IMG/VR virus record: IMGVR_UViG_3300032116_000031
Span: 72,215 to 136,214 of that record
Direction: 5' to 3' (one strand)
DNA length: 64,000 nucleotides
Source: a virus
In this document: piece by piece, positions 31,270 to 41,721 of the stretch
How the letters are laid out: each line of letters opens with the position of its first letter
Numbering within the stretch: the stretch's first letter is position 1
The notes under the pieces: model-generated
Seen by the model: the letters and a program-made list of their open reading frames with translations, nothing else
What the model was told of the DNA's origin: nothing
Database searches by the model: none
Program-made: the position numbers and the translations under genes

Positions 31270-32658
31270 TTAAAAGAATATTTGGTTTGTTATTACATTG
31301 AATTTAATTTTGTTTTCGTAAGTCTTAACTGTTTGTTTGTTTACGACTTTAAAATCAATGATGTATGTTTGTGGTATCATCCAACTAGTATCCAGCAGAA
31401 ACCAATTTTCACAGACACCTCTATTCACAGGCATCCAATCTATAATAGTTACTTCATCATAATTACCTTCTTTTAAATACACTTTATAGAATACATTATC
31501 TACTGAAATTGATTTTGTGGGGTTGGACGGCGATTTTATATCTACGAAAATTTTACGGACATCCCCTTGCTTAATAATCTCATCTCTCTGTATCCCCCTA
31601 AAAGAAAAATGGAAATTAGTTACAGGTACAGGTGTATTATAACCGAATCCATAATAATCACTAGCAGGTAATATATTGAATTTAAAGGATTGATTTGGTA
31701 GACTTTTTCCATTTATAGAAATTGCCGTCCAAACATCCTTCCAAGCATAACATTTATCTATATTTGCAGAATCAATTTCGAACTCAACGTAGTAAATACC
31801 TAAATCCTGACAAGTACCTGTTAAAGTGAATTGCAAAGCATTAGTTTCATCGTATATATTAACTATTGGGTTTTCATCTAATTTTACAGGTTCGCCGTCC
31901 ACCGTCGCATACAAATATAACCTATTCAACTTATCTAAATAAAACTTAGCCCTATCATCATAGATAGCATTAACATATTCAGTTTCTAAATAAGGCTCAT
32001 AAAAAGTATTCGTTTCTTTACCAAAGAAAACAACATGATTCTCTGTATCATTTAATTCCCTCTCCAAATCATAATGGAAAGCTAAACCAAAACCATAGTT
32101 AGGAACATCATTCAAAATTAAATCATTCACTATATCTGTAACATCCATCCTCAAATCTAAACTGTTACAATTAACCTCCTGACATAACAAATAAGTAGGT
32201 GTACTGTATAATGAATCAAACACGCCTTCTTCTGACCAAGTAGTACCTGATTGAGCGTAAAACCAGTTGGACGGCGATTTATCTACCGTGCAATTTAATT
32301 CAGCAAAAGAAGTACACCCCTGCGCACAAGAATTACTAACCCCACAACCTTCATCCCAAGGTTGATCCAATCTAAACAAACAGATGTTATAGCTATTAGG
32401 CATACAAGCATTAGCCTTCTGGGTAAAACCACTGTGCTTAAAATTCAAATAATGTTTAACAGTAGTTAAATCACCTAATTCACAATTCAAAAATTGATTT
32501 TTCAATTCAATCACATCGAACTGAAACAAATACCTTGAAAAATTAGGATTACTTACTCCACCACCGTAAAATAAATCAACGATAGGTAAATTGCCATAAT
32601 TAAATTCTGATTTATATGTTATAGTGTTATCCTTGGAAAAGTAGGTCCTTTTATACAT
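31270..32658 (-). CDS. Virion structural protein
   Basis: RTYFSKDNTI, SRYLFQFD, WDEG.G, MDVTDIV, ETNTFYEPYLE motifs; late-promoter motif upstream. Confidence 0.55.
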   Translation of the reverse strand: MYKRTYFSKDNTITYKSEFNYGNLPIVDLFYGGGVSNPNFSRYLFQFDVIELKNQFLNCELGDLTTVKHYLNFKHSGFTQKANACMPNSYNICLFRLDQPWDEGCGVSNSCAQGCTSFAELNCTVDKSPSNWFYAQSGTTWSEEGVFDSLYSTPTYLLCQEVNCNSLDLRMDVTDIVNDLILNDVPNYGFGLAFHYDLERELNDTENHVVFFGKETNTFYEPYLETEYVNAIYDDRAKFYLDKLNRLYLYATVDGEPVKLDENPIVNIYDETNALQFTLTGTCQDLGIYYVEFEIDSANIDKCYAWKDVWTAISINGKSLPNQSFKFNILPASDYYGFGYNTPVPVTNFHFSFRGIQRDEIIKQGDVRKIFVDIKSPSNPTKSISVDNVFYKVYLKEGNYDEVTIIDWMPVNRGVCENWFLLDTSWMIPQTYIIDFKVVNKQTVKTYENKIKFNVITNQIFF

Positions 32659-32715
32659 TGGAAAATATTTTTTTAAATAAATATAAAAAATCTAAACTCT
32701 TTGGAAAAAATACCG

Positions 32716-32723
32716 TACATTTG
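32716..32723 (+). promoter_or_regulatory. Bacteroidota -7 promoter box TACATTTG
   Basis: TAnnTTTG 35 nt upstream of the primase-helicase ATG. Confidence 0.65.
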
Positions 32724-32758
32724 CAGCACTGTTTAACTTCTAACAAGAATAACAAAAT

Positions 32759-35700
32759 ATGATTTCATTCTTTAAAAAAGTAGATCGCACTGCGATACCT
32801 GACAATTCTGTAAATTTAGACGATGTTTTTAACGAAATTAAAAACCCTGAATTCAAAAAACTAATCGAATTAGCTAGAAAAAGCGGCAAAAGTACGCCAA
32901 CCAATTTCAACAGTGGAACTTATTATTTAGACTATGATGAATATCATAAAATACTCAAATACGATTATATCGTAAAAGAGTTAAATGATATTATCGACAA
33001 CACCTTATTAGATGTAGTATATTACTCTGAAAGATTATCTGCTCAAGACATTAAAAAATCCCTAACCAACTTAGGGGTTAAGTATTCCGATTGCGTAAAA
33101 ATCGAGGACTTCTATTCATTCTTTGAATACAAGAATTATAATGTAGCTTTCATTTGCTTAGTCTGGGGCGGATTTGATACTATTAAACAAGAGAAGACAG
33201 GCCAAAAAGGTGAATTTAAAGTCACCATCAGAAACATGTATAACTTTATTAAATCAGCAAAAACTCCAGTAGTTACTTGGAACGCTGACTTTGATAATAA
33301 AAGGTCACTTAAAAATATCAAAAGCCTTTCTGGATACATCTATATGGATGTAGATGATTTCAGTGTTATCAGCCAAGCAGAGGTTCGTAGAATCTTAACA
33401 GATAATGCCTTAGACTTCGTAAAAGCTGTTTGGGATTCATTTGGCGGCAACGGTATCGGTTTCTTGGTTAAAGTAGATAACCTGACCGTAGACAATTTCA
33501 AATGGACATGGACATCTGTTGTTAAAAAGTTCGATGGAATCAATATCAAAATTGATAAGGCCACAAAAGATATTACCAGAATCAATGTTTTATCGTACGA
33601 TGAAAATATATTCATCAGGGAAAACTGTAATAGTATTTTAGCAATAGAAGAAAAGCCACAAGATCAACTTTCAATAAAAGTATCCCCGCTAACAGACGAG
33701 TTTAAAAATGATGTTTTAGAGCAAAGTGTATCTAACCTATACTTTGATGAATCTTTTTTTAATACTTATGAAGATAGATTAGCTTATAGATTTTACCAAG
33801 TGTTATTCTCAAAAACAAATCATATTGGGATAACATTAGATGAAACCTTTGCTTTCCTATTAAAGTATGAGAAAGACTATCCGAACATTCTTAACAATAA
33901 GAAATATAGCCGAAACGAAATTTACAGTATTGGTAAGAACCAATATGATAGTTACGCCGATCAATTTGGTACAGTTACAGTAGAAACAAATCATCACCTT
34001 TCAAAGGATTATATTTTAGTAAACATTTACAAAGAATATTCTGGTGATGTTAAATTGAAGCTACACGACATATTAGAAAAAGCTATCTTAAAAGAAAGCA
34101 ATGATATGCAAGCCGCTTTGGTTTATCTTATCTTAAACGCTAAGAGAACAGGTATCCTTATGAAGGATCTTAGTTCTTTTATTGAGAAAAAGTATGGTTA
34201 CAATCCAGAGAATACTATTAAGATTAAGAAAATCTACACTAATTCAAAATATCCTTTTGGTATCGTAGCTAAATTGAAGCCAACTGTTATCCAAGAAAGA
34301 AGACAGAAGTTCATAGAGAAAGCAGAAGCAGAGAATAAAAAAGTAATCATATCTGAAAGCCTGAATTTTGCTGAACAAACAAAAATCGTAACAGAACTAT
34401 TCAATAAGATTTTTGGTCAAACCAGACTTACAGATAAGAACATCATATTCTTGGTAAAAACATATTTCAAGGAATGTAATTCCTTTGGGATTTCCCTTAT
34501 AACTGCAAGAGAGTACTTAAATAGTAATGCTAACTTTCATTCTATTGAACGGTACTCTAACCACTATGGAAATGATATATACGAAATGTATAAGGTGTTC
34601 TTTGGGTTGAGAATTATTACTTTAGTTGAAGATAAAAAAAAAATTAATAATTTAAGTCAACTTAAAAACGATCAAAAACTAAGCGATATAAACCTATCGT
34701 TGGATGACAATACAATTTTGTGGGCTGATACAGGTATGGGTAAGACTACTTGGGCCTGCACCGAAGTAGAAGGTAAAAAAATCATATTGGTTCCAACGAT
34801 AGGTGCTCTTAAAAATATAGAACACAAATATAAAGCAGCTTCATTCTATGAAACGAACAAAAATGTTTCAGAGAAAGATCAATTAATTGTATGCACATAC
34901 TCTTCAGCTCCAACCCTATTCAAAACAATTAAGAGCTGGAAAGGTGGCTTGAAAGAGTATATTTTGATTGTCGACGAACAACATAATTTTGCAGTTTCAT
35001 CTTCTAAAAATTATAGGAATAAAGAATTAAATTATGTTTTAGATAACATTGATTCTTTTAAGAAGCGCATTTTTATGACAGGAACTTATTTTCCAGTTGA
35101 ACACCCATCATTAAAAGAATTTAAAATTCATAGGGTTAAATGGGAAGATAAGAAAGTTAAGAATGCTACTGTGGTATTTTATGAAAATAAAATCAAAGCA
35201 ATCGAAAGCCGTTTAGTCAGAGGTAAGAAAAATATCATTTATCTCCAAGACAAACGTATGGATAAAGAGTTAGGTAAGTTAATAACCCACCTTAAAAGTA
35301 ATAATTGGGATAAAATCCATTTATTGAATTCCAACCAAAAGAAGGAGAACCATTTTAAGGATTTATTGACAACTGAATACCTACAAGAAGATGCTGAAAT
35401 AATTATCACAACTTCAATCACAATTGAAGCTATCAACATTTTAAATAAAGACGTTGAAACAATTCACTTCATGACATTTGAAAACCCTAGGCTGATGGAG
35501 CAGATGGTTAATAGAATGCGTGAAAAATTACCCAGCAACATTTTTATTTATAAGAAAATTAAAACAGATAAATTACAAATAGAAGAATCATTTAATGCTA
35601 TTGCCAAACAAAAAGCAATAATATCTAATGCCGAATCTTTATTGAATTATTTGTCTAACCCAAAACAAAAGAAGATTAATAGCTACGATGAAGTTGCCGC

Positions 35701-36862
35701 TCAAAAGTTGTTTGCTAATCAAATTTTCGAGAACTCTTCTATTTTTAAGGTTAATGAAAATCTTAATGTTTGGGAAATAGATTATTTGTCTATTGCAAAT
35801 AAAGTTTTCAATGAGGAAACAAAGCACTCTAAAAATAATTTTGATTACTTCAAAAGTATTTTAAATGAATACGGTTGGGAATTCAATCCTGAACAGGTAG
35901 ATCTTTTAAAGATGACCGCAAAAGATAAGAAGGTTATTAAAGAAGAAAAAGAAAAAAGATCAGCAGAAATGTTGGAATATTCCTTGGATGTGCTTAACTT
36001 TGTGTCTCAATCGGATATTGATTCATTGAAGAAAGAAGTAGATAATAAAAACACATTTGATAATAAGAAGTATCCTGATATTGAATGGAATATTAGAATT
36101 AAGGTTCTTAAATTATCTAAATATATGTCTTTTAATGAATCTTGTAAGCTGGTTAATATCTTAATTTCTGAATACGATAATTCTGATATTAAGTTTAACA
36201 AAGCGATGAGGGAAGTAGCTGTTAAAATAGCTCGAGAAAGTGGAGTGTTCAATAATAATTTAGATTTTAATACTCCTTTTAGTAAAGCTATATTGAGGGA
36301 TTATTTTAATATCAAGAAAAAGAATATTGTTCTTTCTAATCAAGATGTTATTTCCTTATTCAATAAGCGTAAGAATCTTTTGGATGTGGTGGACGGCGAA
36401 ATGGATGCCTTCAAAATTCTAAGAAAGTATTTTGAAATCAAATCTATTCTGCATAAAGGTGAAATAAAATTCAAGCTGGGTGGATTGAATGTTTCAAATG
36501 ATGTATCTAAATTCACAGCCGAATTTTATGAATGGATTAAAGAAATACATTCCGAGCAGAAGATTTTAACTTCAATTGAAATAGCAAATCAAATCAATCT
36601 TATTCGATCTAAATTGCCATTTCTTTCTAAGTTTAAATTGTCGAACAAGCAAGCATTAGCTCTATTGGAGGATTACGTTACAATTAAAAAGACAACAAAA
36701 AAATCCGAAGGTAAAATAGTGACATCGTATAAGGTTATTGATTTGGAACCAAAGATGACAAAAGGCATTGAGGTTAAAATAAATCAAAAAATTATAATCA
36801 ATAATTTAAACGAAATTCAAGAAATAGAAGAGTTCACTCAAAAAATAACAGCTAATCAATAG
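32759..36862 (+). CDS. Primase-like (VirE-N/BT4734-like) domain fused to SF2 helicase
   Basis: SGYIYMDVD...SFGGNG...D.ATKDITR...LSYD in the N half; ADTGMGKTT and IVDEQH in the C half. Confidence 0.7.
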   Translation: MISFFKKVDRTAIPDNSVNLDDVFNEIKNPEFKKLIELARKSGKSTPTNFNSGTYYLDYDEYHKILKYDYIVKELNDIIDNTLLDVVYYSERLSAQDIKKSLTNLGVKYSDCVKIEDFYSFFEYKNYNVAFICLVWGGFDTIKQEKTGQKGEFKVTIRNMYNFIKSAKTPVVTWNADFDNKRSLKNIKSLSGYIYMDVDDFSVISQAEVRRILTDNALDFVKAVWDSFGGNGIGFLVKVDNLTVDNFKWTWTSVVKKFDGINIKIDKATKDITRINVLSYDENIFIRENCNSILAIEEKPQDQLSIKVSPLTDEFKNDVLEQSVSNLYFDESFFNTYEDRLAYRFYQVLFSKTNHIGITLDETFAFLLKYEKDYPNILNNKKYSRNEIYSIGKNQYDSYADQFGTVTVETNHHLSKDYILVNIYKEYSGDVKLKLHDILEKAILKESNDMQAALVYLILNAKRTGILMKDLSSFIEKKYGYNPENTIKIKKIYTNSKYPFGIVAKLKPTVIQERRQKFIEKAEAENKKVIISESLNFAEQTKIVTELFNKIFGQTRLTDKNIIFLVKTYFKECNSFGISLITAREYLNSNANFHSIERYSNHYGNDIYEMYKVFFGLRIITLVEDKKKINNLSQLKNDQKLSDINLSLDDNTILWADTGMGKTTWACTEVEGKKIILVPTIGALKNIEHKYKAASFYETNKNVSEKDQLIVCTYSSAPTLFKTIKSWKGGLKEYILIVDEQHNFAVSSSKNYRNKELNYVLDNIDSFKKRIFMTGTYFPVEHPSLKEFKIHRVKWEDKKVKNATVVFYENKIKAIESRLVRGKKNIIYLQDKRMDKELGKLITHLKSNNWDKIHLLNSNQKKENHFKDLLTTEYLQEDAEIIITTSITIEAINILNKDVETIHFMTFENPRLMEQMVNRMREKLPSNIFIYKKIKTDKLQIEESFNAIAKQKAIISNAESLLNYLSNPKQKKINSYDEVAAQKLFANQIFENSSIFKVNENLNVWEIDYLSIANKVFNEETKHSKNNFDYFKSILNEYGWEFNPEQVDLLKMTAKDKKVIKEEKEKRSAEMLEYSLDVLNFVSQSDIDSLKKEVDNKNTFDNKKYPDIEWNIRIKVLKLSKYMSFNESCKLVNILISEYDNSDIKFNKAMREVAVKIARESGVFNNNLDFNTPFSKAILRDYFNIKKKNIVLSNQDVISLFNKRKNLLDVVDGEMDAFKILRKYFEIKSILHKGEIKFKLGGLNVSNDVSKFTAEFYEWIKEIHSEQKILTSIEIANQINLIRSKLPFLSKFKLSNKQALALLEDYVTIKKTTKKSEGKIVTSYKVIDLEPKMTKGIEVKINQKIIINNLNEIQEIEEFTQKITANQ

Positions 36863-36914
36863 AATTAAAAAGTAATAGTTACAAATAAATTTTAACATTT
36901 TTTAAAAAAGTATT

Positions 36915-38393
36915 ATGGATTTCAAACCTAGTATATACCAAGAACAAATTTTTGAAACTTGGCAAAACACAGACAAGAATATTTTGGTTGAAGCTGTTGC
37001 GGGTAGTGGTAAAACAACTACCATCATTGAATTGATGAAGCGAACAGATGCAAGCAAAATTGGAATGTATGTGGCGTTCAACAAACACATTGTTGAGGAA
37101 ATTAAAGCCAAGAATCCGCCGTCCAACTTCACAATAGGAACCTTACATAGCAGAGGTTATCAATCTATTGCAATGAATCATAGAGGTTCATTGAAATTAG
37201 ATGATTGGAAAACATTCAAATTGCTTAAACCATTAACAGCTAATTGGAAGAACGTACCGAAGAAAAAGATTAATGCTAAAATATACAACTTAACAGAGTT
37301 CTACAACTATTATAGGTTAACACATCAAAAAGACTTGTCTAATTTTGATCAGATGATTAAAAAATATGACCTGTCTTTGGATGCAACAGATATTCCTAAA
37401 ATACAGGAGATGCTTAGTCACATCGACCTGTATAATTCAAGGCATAATTTCCATAAAGAATTTATGATTGATTTTGTGGATATGATGTATCTACCAGTTC
37501 ATTTGAATTTGTTTATCAAAACGGTAGATGTTCTGATGGTAGATGAAGCACAGGATCTTTCCGCCGTCCAACACGAATTCATCAATAAAATGATGAAAAA
37601 AGACAGTAGAATAATCGTTGTAGGTGATCCACATCAGGCTATATATGGTTTTTCTGGTAGCGATGTAGATAGCTGGGATAAATTTAAAAGCTTGGAAAAT
37701 AGCGTCCAATTACCTCTATCTTATTGTTACAGGTGCGGCAAGAAAATCGTGGAACTATCTAATAAAATATACGACATCATGGAATCCCCAGATTGGATGC
37801 ACGATGGAGAAGTAGTTGAAGAAGGTAATTTGTTGTATGTTAAAACAGGTGATTTCATCCTGTGTAGAAATACTAAACCCCTAGTAGAATTATATTTCAA
37901 TTTGTTAACCTTAGAAAAACCTTGTTACATTAAAGGGAGTGATATAGGTAAGGGATTAGTTAAAGTGCTGGATGAATATAAGAATCTTTCAAGTAAAGAT
38001 ACTGTAACAGCAATGCACAAAGAACTAAATTCAATCTATAAATTGCTAATATCTAATGGCATACAACAACCACAAAAACATCAAAAGTATCTCAACTACG
38101 CTGAAAAGATTGAAATTATAACATTGTTTTCAGAGAAGTATGAAAAAACTATTGAAGTGATTAAAGCAATAGAAAACATATTTAAAGAAGATGGTGAAGG
38201 TATTATTCTATCGACTATACACAAAGCAAAAGGATTAGAAAGCGATATTGTATATCTTTACTTACCTCACCTGCTTCCTTCTAAATACGCCAAAATGCCT
38301 TGGGAATTGCAACAAGAAGATAACCTTTATTATGTAGCAGTGACCAGAGCAAAAAAGAAGCTGATAATAGTTAAAGAAGTATTTACATTATAA
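36915..38393 (+). CDS. UvrD/Rep-like SF1 helicase
   Basis: AVAGSGKTTT, VDEAQDL, VGDPHQAIYGF, STIHKAKGLE, YVAVTRAK. Confidence 0.93.
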   Translation: MDFKPSIYQEQIFETWQNTDKNILVEAVAGSGKTTTIIELMKRTDASKIGMYVAFNKHIVEEIKAKNPPSNFTIGTLHSRGYQSIAMNHRGSLKLDDWKTFKLLKPLTANWKNVPKKKINAKIYNLTEFYNYYRLTHQKDLSNFDQMIKKYDLSLDATDIPKIQEMLSHIDLYNSRHNFHKEFMIDFVDMMYLPVHLNLFIKTVDVLMVDEAQDLSAVQHEFINKMMKKDSRIIVVGDPHQAIYGFSGSDVDSWDKFKSLENSVQLPLSYCYRCGKKIVELSNKIYDIMESPDWMHDGEVVEEGNLLYVKTGDFILCRNTKPLVELYFNLLTLEKPCYIKGSDIGKGLVKVLDEYKNLSSKDTVTAMHKELNSIYKLLISNGIQQPQKHQKYLNYAEKIEIITLFSEKYEKTIEVIKAIENIFKEDGEGIILSTIHKAKGLESDIVYLYLPHLLPSKYAKMPWELQQEDNLYYVAVTRAKKKLIIVKEVFTL

Positions 38394-38394
38394 C

Positions 38395-38430
38395 AAAAAA
38401 ACGCAAGCAAAATCTGCTTGCGTTTTTTTT
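38395..38430. terminator. Bidirectional terminator between convergent genes
   Basis: A7-CGCAAGCA-aaatc-TGCTTGCG-T8. Confidence 0.85.
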
Positions 38431-38436
38431 ATGATT

Positions 38437-39825
38437 TTATTTAGTTATTATAAAACCACTAACATCACATACAGTTTTAACATCTTCTTCTGTAAATTCA
38501 TGTTTGTTAATCTGATTTGAACAATAAAAAGAATTAGCAGATTTCGGAGCACCTTCAAGAGAAGTTAAATTACAACCACTGCAATCTATAATTCCAACTT
38601 TTTCAGGTGATTTTTTTAAAGAGGTTATGTTCGAGTTATTTTTTAAAATAAATAATCTAACATATTCAGTTGGAGCTCCATCAAGTGAGTTTAAATCACA
38701 ACGATTACAAAAATAATCTTTAGCTCTCTTTGGCCCCCATTTTAGAGAAGATAATTGCCGATTATATGAACATTTAAACTCACCGCCCACTTCACTTGGG
38801 CAATTTTTTAATGAAAGTAATTTATTGTGACTGACATCAAAATTACCTTTAACCTCACCAAATTTTATTGGTATTTCTATTAATCCTTTGTCAGATAAAT
38901 CAACGTCGCCATTAACATCCACAGTACCATCTTCATTAATAGTATAATTTTTAATTTTAAAATATTCTAATATTCTTTCAGGTGGCACGTCTTTCGAATT
39001 AGAAGACTTAAATTGCTTGCCAGCATCAGCATATAATTTTTCATCTAATCTAAATACCCCTGTTTTTTCTTCTTGGGCTTTGTCAAGGACATTAACTAAT
39101 GTTTTAACATATTCGGGATTATCTTTACCGTATTTAACCTTATTGTGTTCGATACCATACAATACTTCATCCTTATTATCTAGTTCCAAGTAAGGCTTAA
39201 TTAAAATCCTTCCTATGGGATTTTTAATATTCTTATCTGTTGGATTGACAAGAAATGAAACCAATGTCCCTAATTTAATATCAATAGGTACAAAATGTTT
39301 ATTAACTCCACCTCTTAAGTTCATACAAGAAAAATCCCATTTTCTATCAGTTGTCATCCCACCCAAATCATAAGGGGACTTGCTAATAACCATGATGTAA
39401 TCTTCAGCGACGGCGCTTTCAGATTTTGCACTGTCATAATCATTCAGCTTATCAACAGATTTCAAAAGCTCGTAGTTTCTCTGGAGCTTTGAAGCCGTTG
39501 GATCATTCTTTCCCAATATACTTAACACCTTTACAATCTTAACATTGTTTTTATCCCCCATCTTTCTTACCAAGCCACCCTTATAATCCACAATCTCATA
39601 GTTATTTGCTTTAAGATACCTGTGGAGTTTATCCTCCAATGGAGATGCGGATATTTCAAAGAACAATCTGTCACCATTTCTATTGGTGCTATCCGCTTGG
39701 GATTTTAGTTTATCCCAGATGCCCCCAATACGCTTCATTGCTAAATCTCGACCTACTTGCATAAGCTCTCTAAACTCCGATGGTTTAAGTGCCTCGAAAA
39801 GATAATTATCAACGATTATTTTCAT
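38437..39825 (-). CDS. Hypothetical protein with C-terminal leucine-rich-like repeats
   Basis: Repeats of type L.SL.G.P..V...F.CS.N. Confidence 0.7.
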   Translation of the reverse strand: MKIIVDNYLFEALKPSEFRELMQVGRDLAMKRIGGIWDKLKSQADSTNRNGDRLFFEISASPLEDKLHRYLKANNYEIVDYKGGLVRKMGDKNNVKIVKVLSILGKNDPTASKLQRNYELLKSVDKLNDYDSAKSESAVAEDYIMVISKSPYDLGGMTTDRKWDFSCMNLRGGVNKHFVPIDIKLGTLVSFLVNPTDKNIKNPIGRILIKPYLELDNKDEVLYGIEHNKVKYGKDNPEYVKTLVNVLDKAQEEKTGVFRLDEKLYADAGKQFKSSNSKDVPPERILEYFKIKNYTINEDGTVDVNGDVDLSDKGLIEIPIKFGEVKGNFDVSHNKLLSLKNCPSEVGGEFKCSYNRQLSSLKWGPKRAKDYFCNRCDLNSLDGAPTEYVRLFILKNNSNITSLKKSPEKVGIIDCSGCNLTSLEGAPKSANSFYCSNQINKHEFTEEDVKTVCDVSGFIITK

Positions 39826-39835
39826 ATATTAAATT

Positions 39836-40975
39836 TTAAATCGCCCAAATACCATTTGGAACGAATTTTAGTGTTGTATTAAGATTTGTTGCTTCATTTG
39901 CTCTTCTTTCAAGCATTTTATCTGAACGTAATTCCAATAACCACTCTTGTAGTTCTAAAATTAACGCGCCTTTTTCTTCCTTGGCTTCTGCTAATAAGGT
40001 TTCATTATCCATGCTCACCTCTGCATTTGGAACCTTCAATGCGCCGCTGAATTTACCTCTTACTCTACCTAATGTTTCCTTCGATAAAGCTGTTAGGTAT
40101 TTTCTCACCCATATTTTAGACATGTCGTTTAAATCACAGAAATCCAGTTTATTTAAAGGGACTTCGCTTGGGTATTTTATTATGTCATCACATTCTTGAA
40201 TACATTTGTTTTTAGCTTCAGCGTCCATATCTGTTGTATCGTAATAAAAATACCAAACCTTACATTTATAATTCTGTCTTCTAGCTCCGATTGTATTACC
40301 ATTATTAGGTATTGAATATAAATGTAATAATTTGGTACCGTTTGGACCTGCTGTGATTGAATATGTCAAATCTGATTGTCTAAGCCTATTTTTTAACCCA
40401 GTATCCATAGCTCTTAACATAACATCAAAAGCAGGTGCAATGTAATAAGCGCTATTAAAAAATGCGCCATTACCCCATCCAGTGTAATAAAAGCTGTCAC
40501 CAAAGCCACCAATAGCTCCGAATGAGTTTTGATATGCTAATGATTGTGCCAAGGCTTGATCTATATCTGATGGTGTTTCCCACAAAACTCTATTAACTAA
40601 TCTACCTGCTGGTATTTCGTAAGTTTGGATACCTTCGATAACATCAATGTAATCTTTCTTCAATTCGTAATTGCCTCTACTTTGTAAACCAACTTGTTTG
40701 GAATATGCTATACTGAAGTCATATTCATAGTCTAGGCTTCTTGTAGTTAGCCCTAAACAGATGTCTGTTAAATTAGCAGGCTTACCTACTAGATTAGACC
40801 AACGTTCGCTTATGAGGTGTTTTTGAAGGTGTAGGACCAATTCTTCAACAGATAATTTAAGAAGAGTGCAAAATGCTTCTTCTGTTATCTCTATTTTTCT
40901 TATCCCACCTCCTAATAAATGTTTAACATCTTCTATCAAACAAAGTTTTTCGGTATTTTCTATGCAATCTGCCAT
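39836..40975 (-). CDS. Neck / head-tail adaptor protein, gp13-like
   Basis: LGG...IEIT N-terminus; WVRKY..ALSKE.LGRVRGKF.G. Confidence 0.7.
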   Translation of the reverse strand: MADCIENTEKLCLIEDVKHLLGGGIRKIEITEEAFCTLLKLSVEELVLHLQKHLISERWSNLVGKPANLTDICLGLTTRSLDYEYDFSIAYSKQVGLQSRGNYELKKDYIDVIEGIQTYEIPAGRLVNRVLWETPSDIDQALAQSLAYQNSFGAIGGFGDSFYYTGWGNGAFFNSAYYIAPAFDVMLRAMDTGLKNRLRQSDLTYSITAGPNGTKLLHLYSIPNNGNTIGARRQNYKCKVWYFYYDTTDMDAEAKNKCIQECDDIIKYPSEVPLNKLDFCDLNDMSKIWVRKYLTALSKETLGRVRGKFSGALKVPNAEVSMDNETLLAEAKEEKGALILELQEWLLELRSDKMLERRANEATNLNTTLKFVPNGIWAI

Positions 40976-41013
40976 TTTTTTATCTATTTATATAAAGATA
41001 AATATAACTTAAT

Positions 41014-41721
41014 ATGCAAACATACTATAAATTAAATGATTTTTTAGAAGGGATGCGGAAGGATGTGGACGGCGAATTCTATTATGAAATAAAAAACGAC
41101 GGAATTTATAAAATTGAATTCTCCCATGCAGGTAAAAAAGGAGGTAGCGTCTTTGAATATAAATTCTATCCAGAATTAAATAACAAATTTAAAGAAGTAG
41201 AAGCCTTAGAAATTTACGATATTGATAAAGGGACGGAATTATTTATGGATTGGTTTTCAGAAAATAACCAAAATATAGAAATTATGACCAAAGAAGAGGT
41301 GAAAAACTTTTTGGATAAGAATGTTATCGAGGAATCAAATTCTTGCTGGAAGAATCCAAAACAATTAGCAAAAGCAATTAAAAACGGCTTGGAAGTACCT
41401 AATTGTATCCCTGATGAAAAGTACGCCCTGAAAGAATCGAATTACTTTATCGGTAATAAGAAAAGAGAATTGAATAAAAAATATGAGAAGATAATGGATT
41501 GGTTGGAAGAAGTGGTCGAAAGTGGGGATAAAGATTACGCTGAAAAGATAATGAAGATAATTGAAAAGTGGAAGAAAAGCTATGAAGACAAAATAAGAAA
41601 TGCTAAAAGCTATTTGAGAGAAAATAAAGATATTAAAATCCTTGACTTAAAAGAATATATAACAAAAAATGAAACTGCTAAAAACAAGATTAGCAGTTTC
41701 ATTAAAAATTACGGCAATTAA
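41014..41721 (+). CDS. Hypothetical protein
   Basis: 235 aa; CW...K.G..VPNC.P motif; TATTTAT upstream. Confidence 0.6.
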   Translation: MQTYYKLNDFLEGMRKDVDGEFYYEIKNDGIYKIEFSHAGKKGGSVFEYKFYPELNNKFKEVEALEIYDIDKGTELFMDWFSENNQNIEIMTKEEVKNFLDKNVIEESNSCWKNPKQLAKAIKNGLEVPNCIPDEKYALKESNYFIGNKKRELNKKYEKIMDWLEEVVESGDKDYAEKIMKIIEKWKKSYEDKIRNAKSYLRENKDIKILDLKEYITKNETAKNKISSFIKNYGN

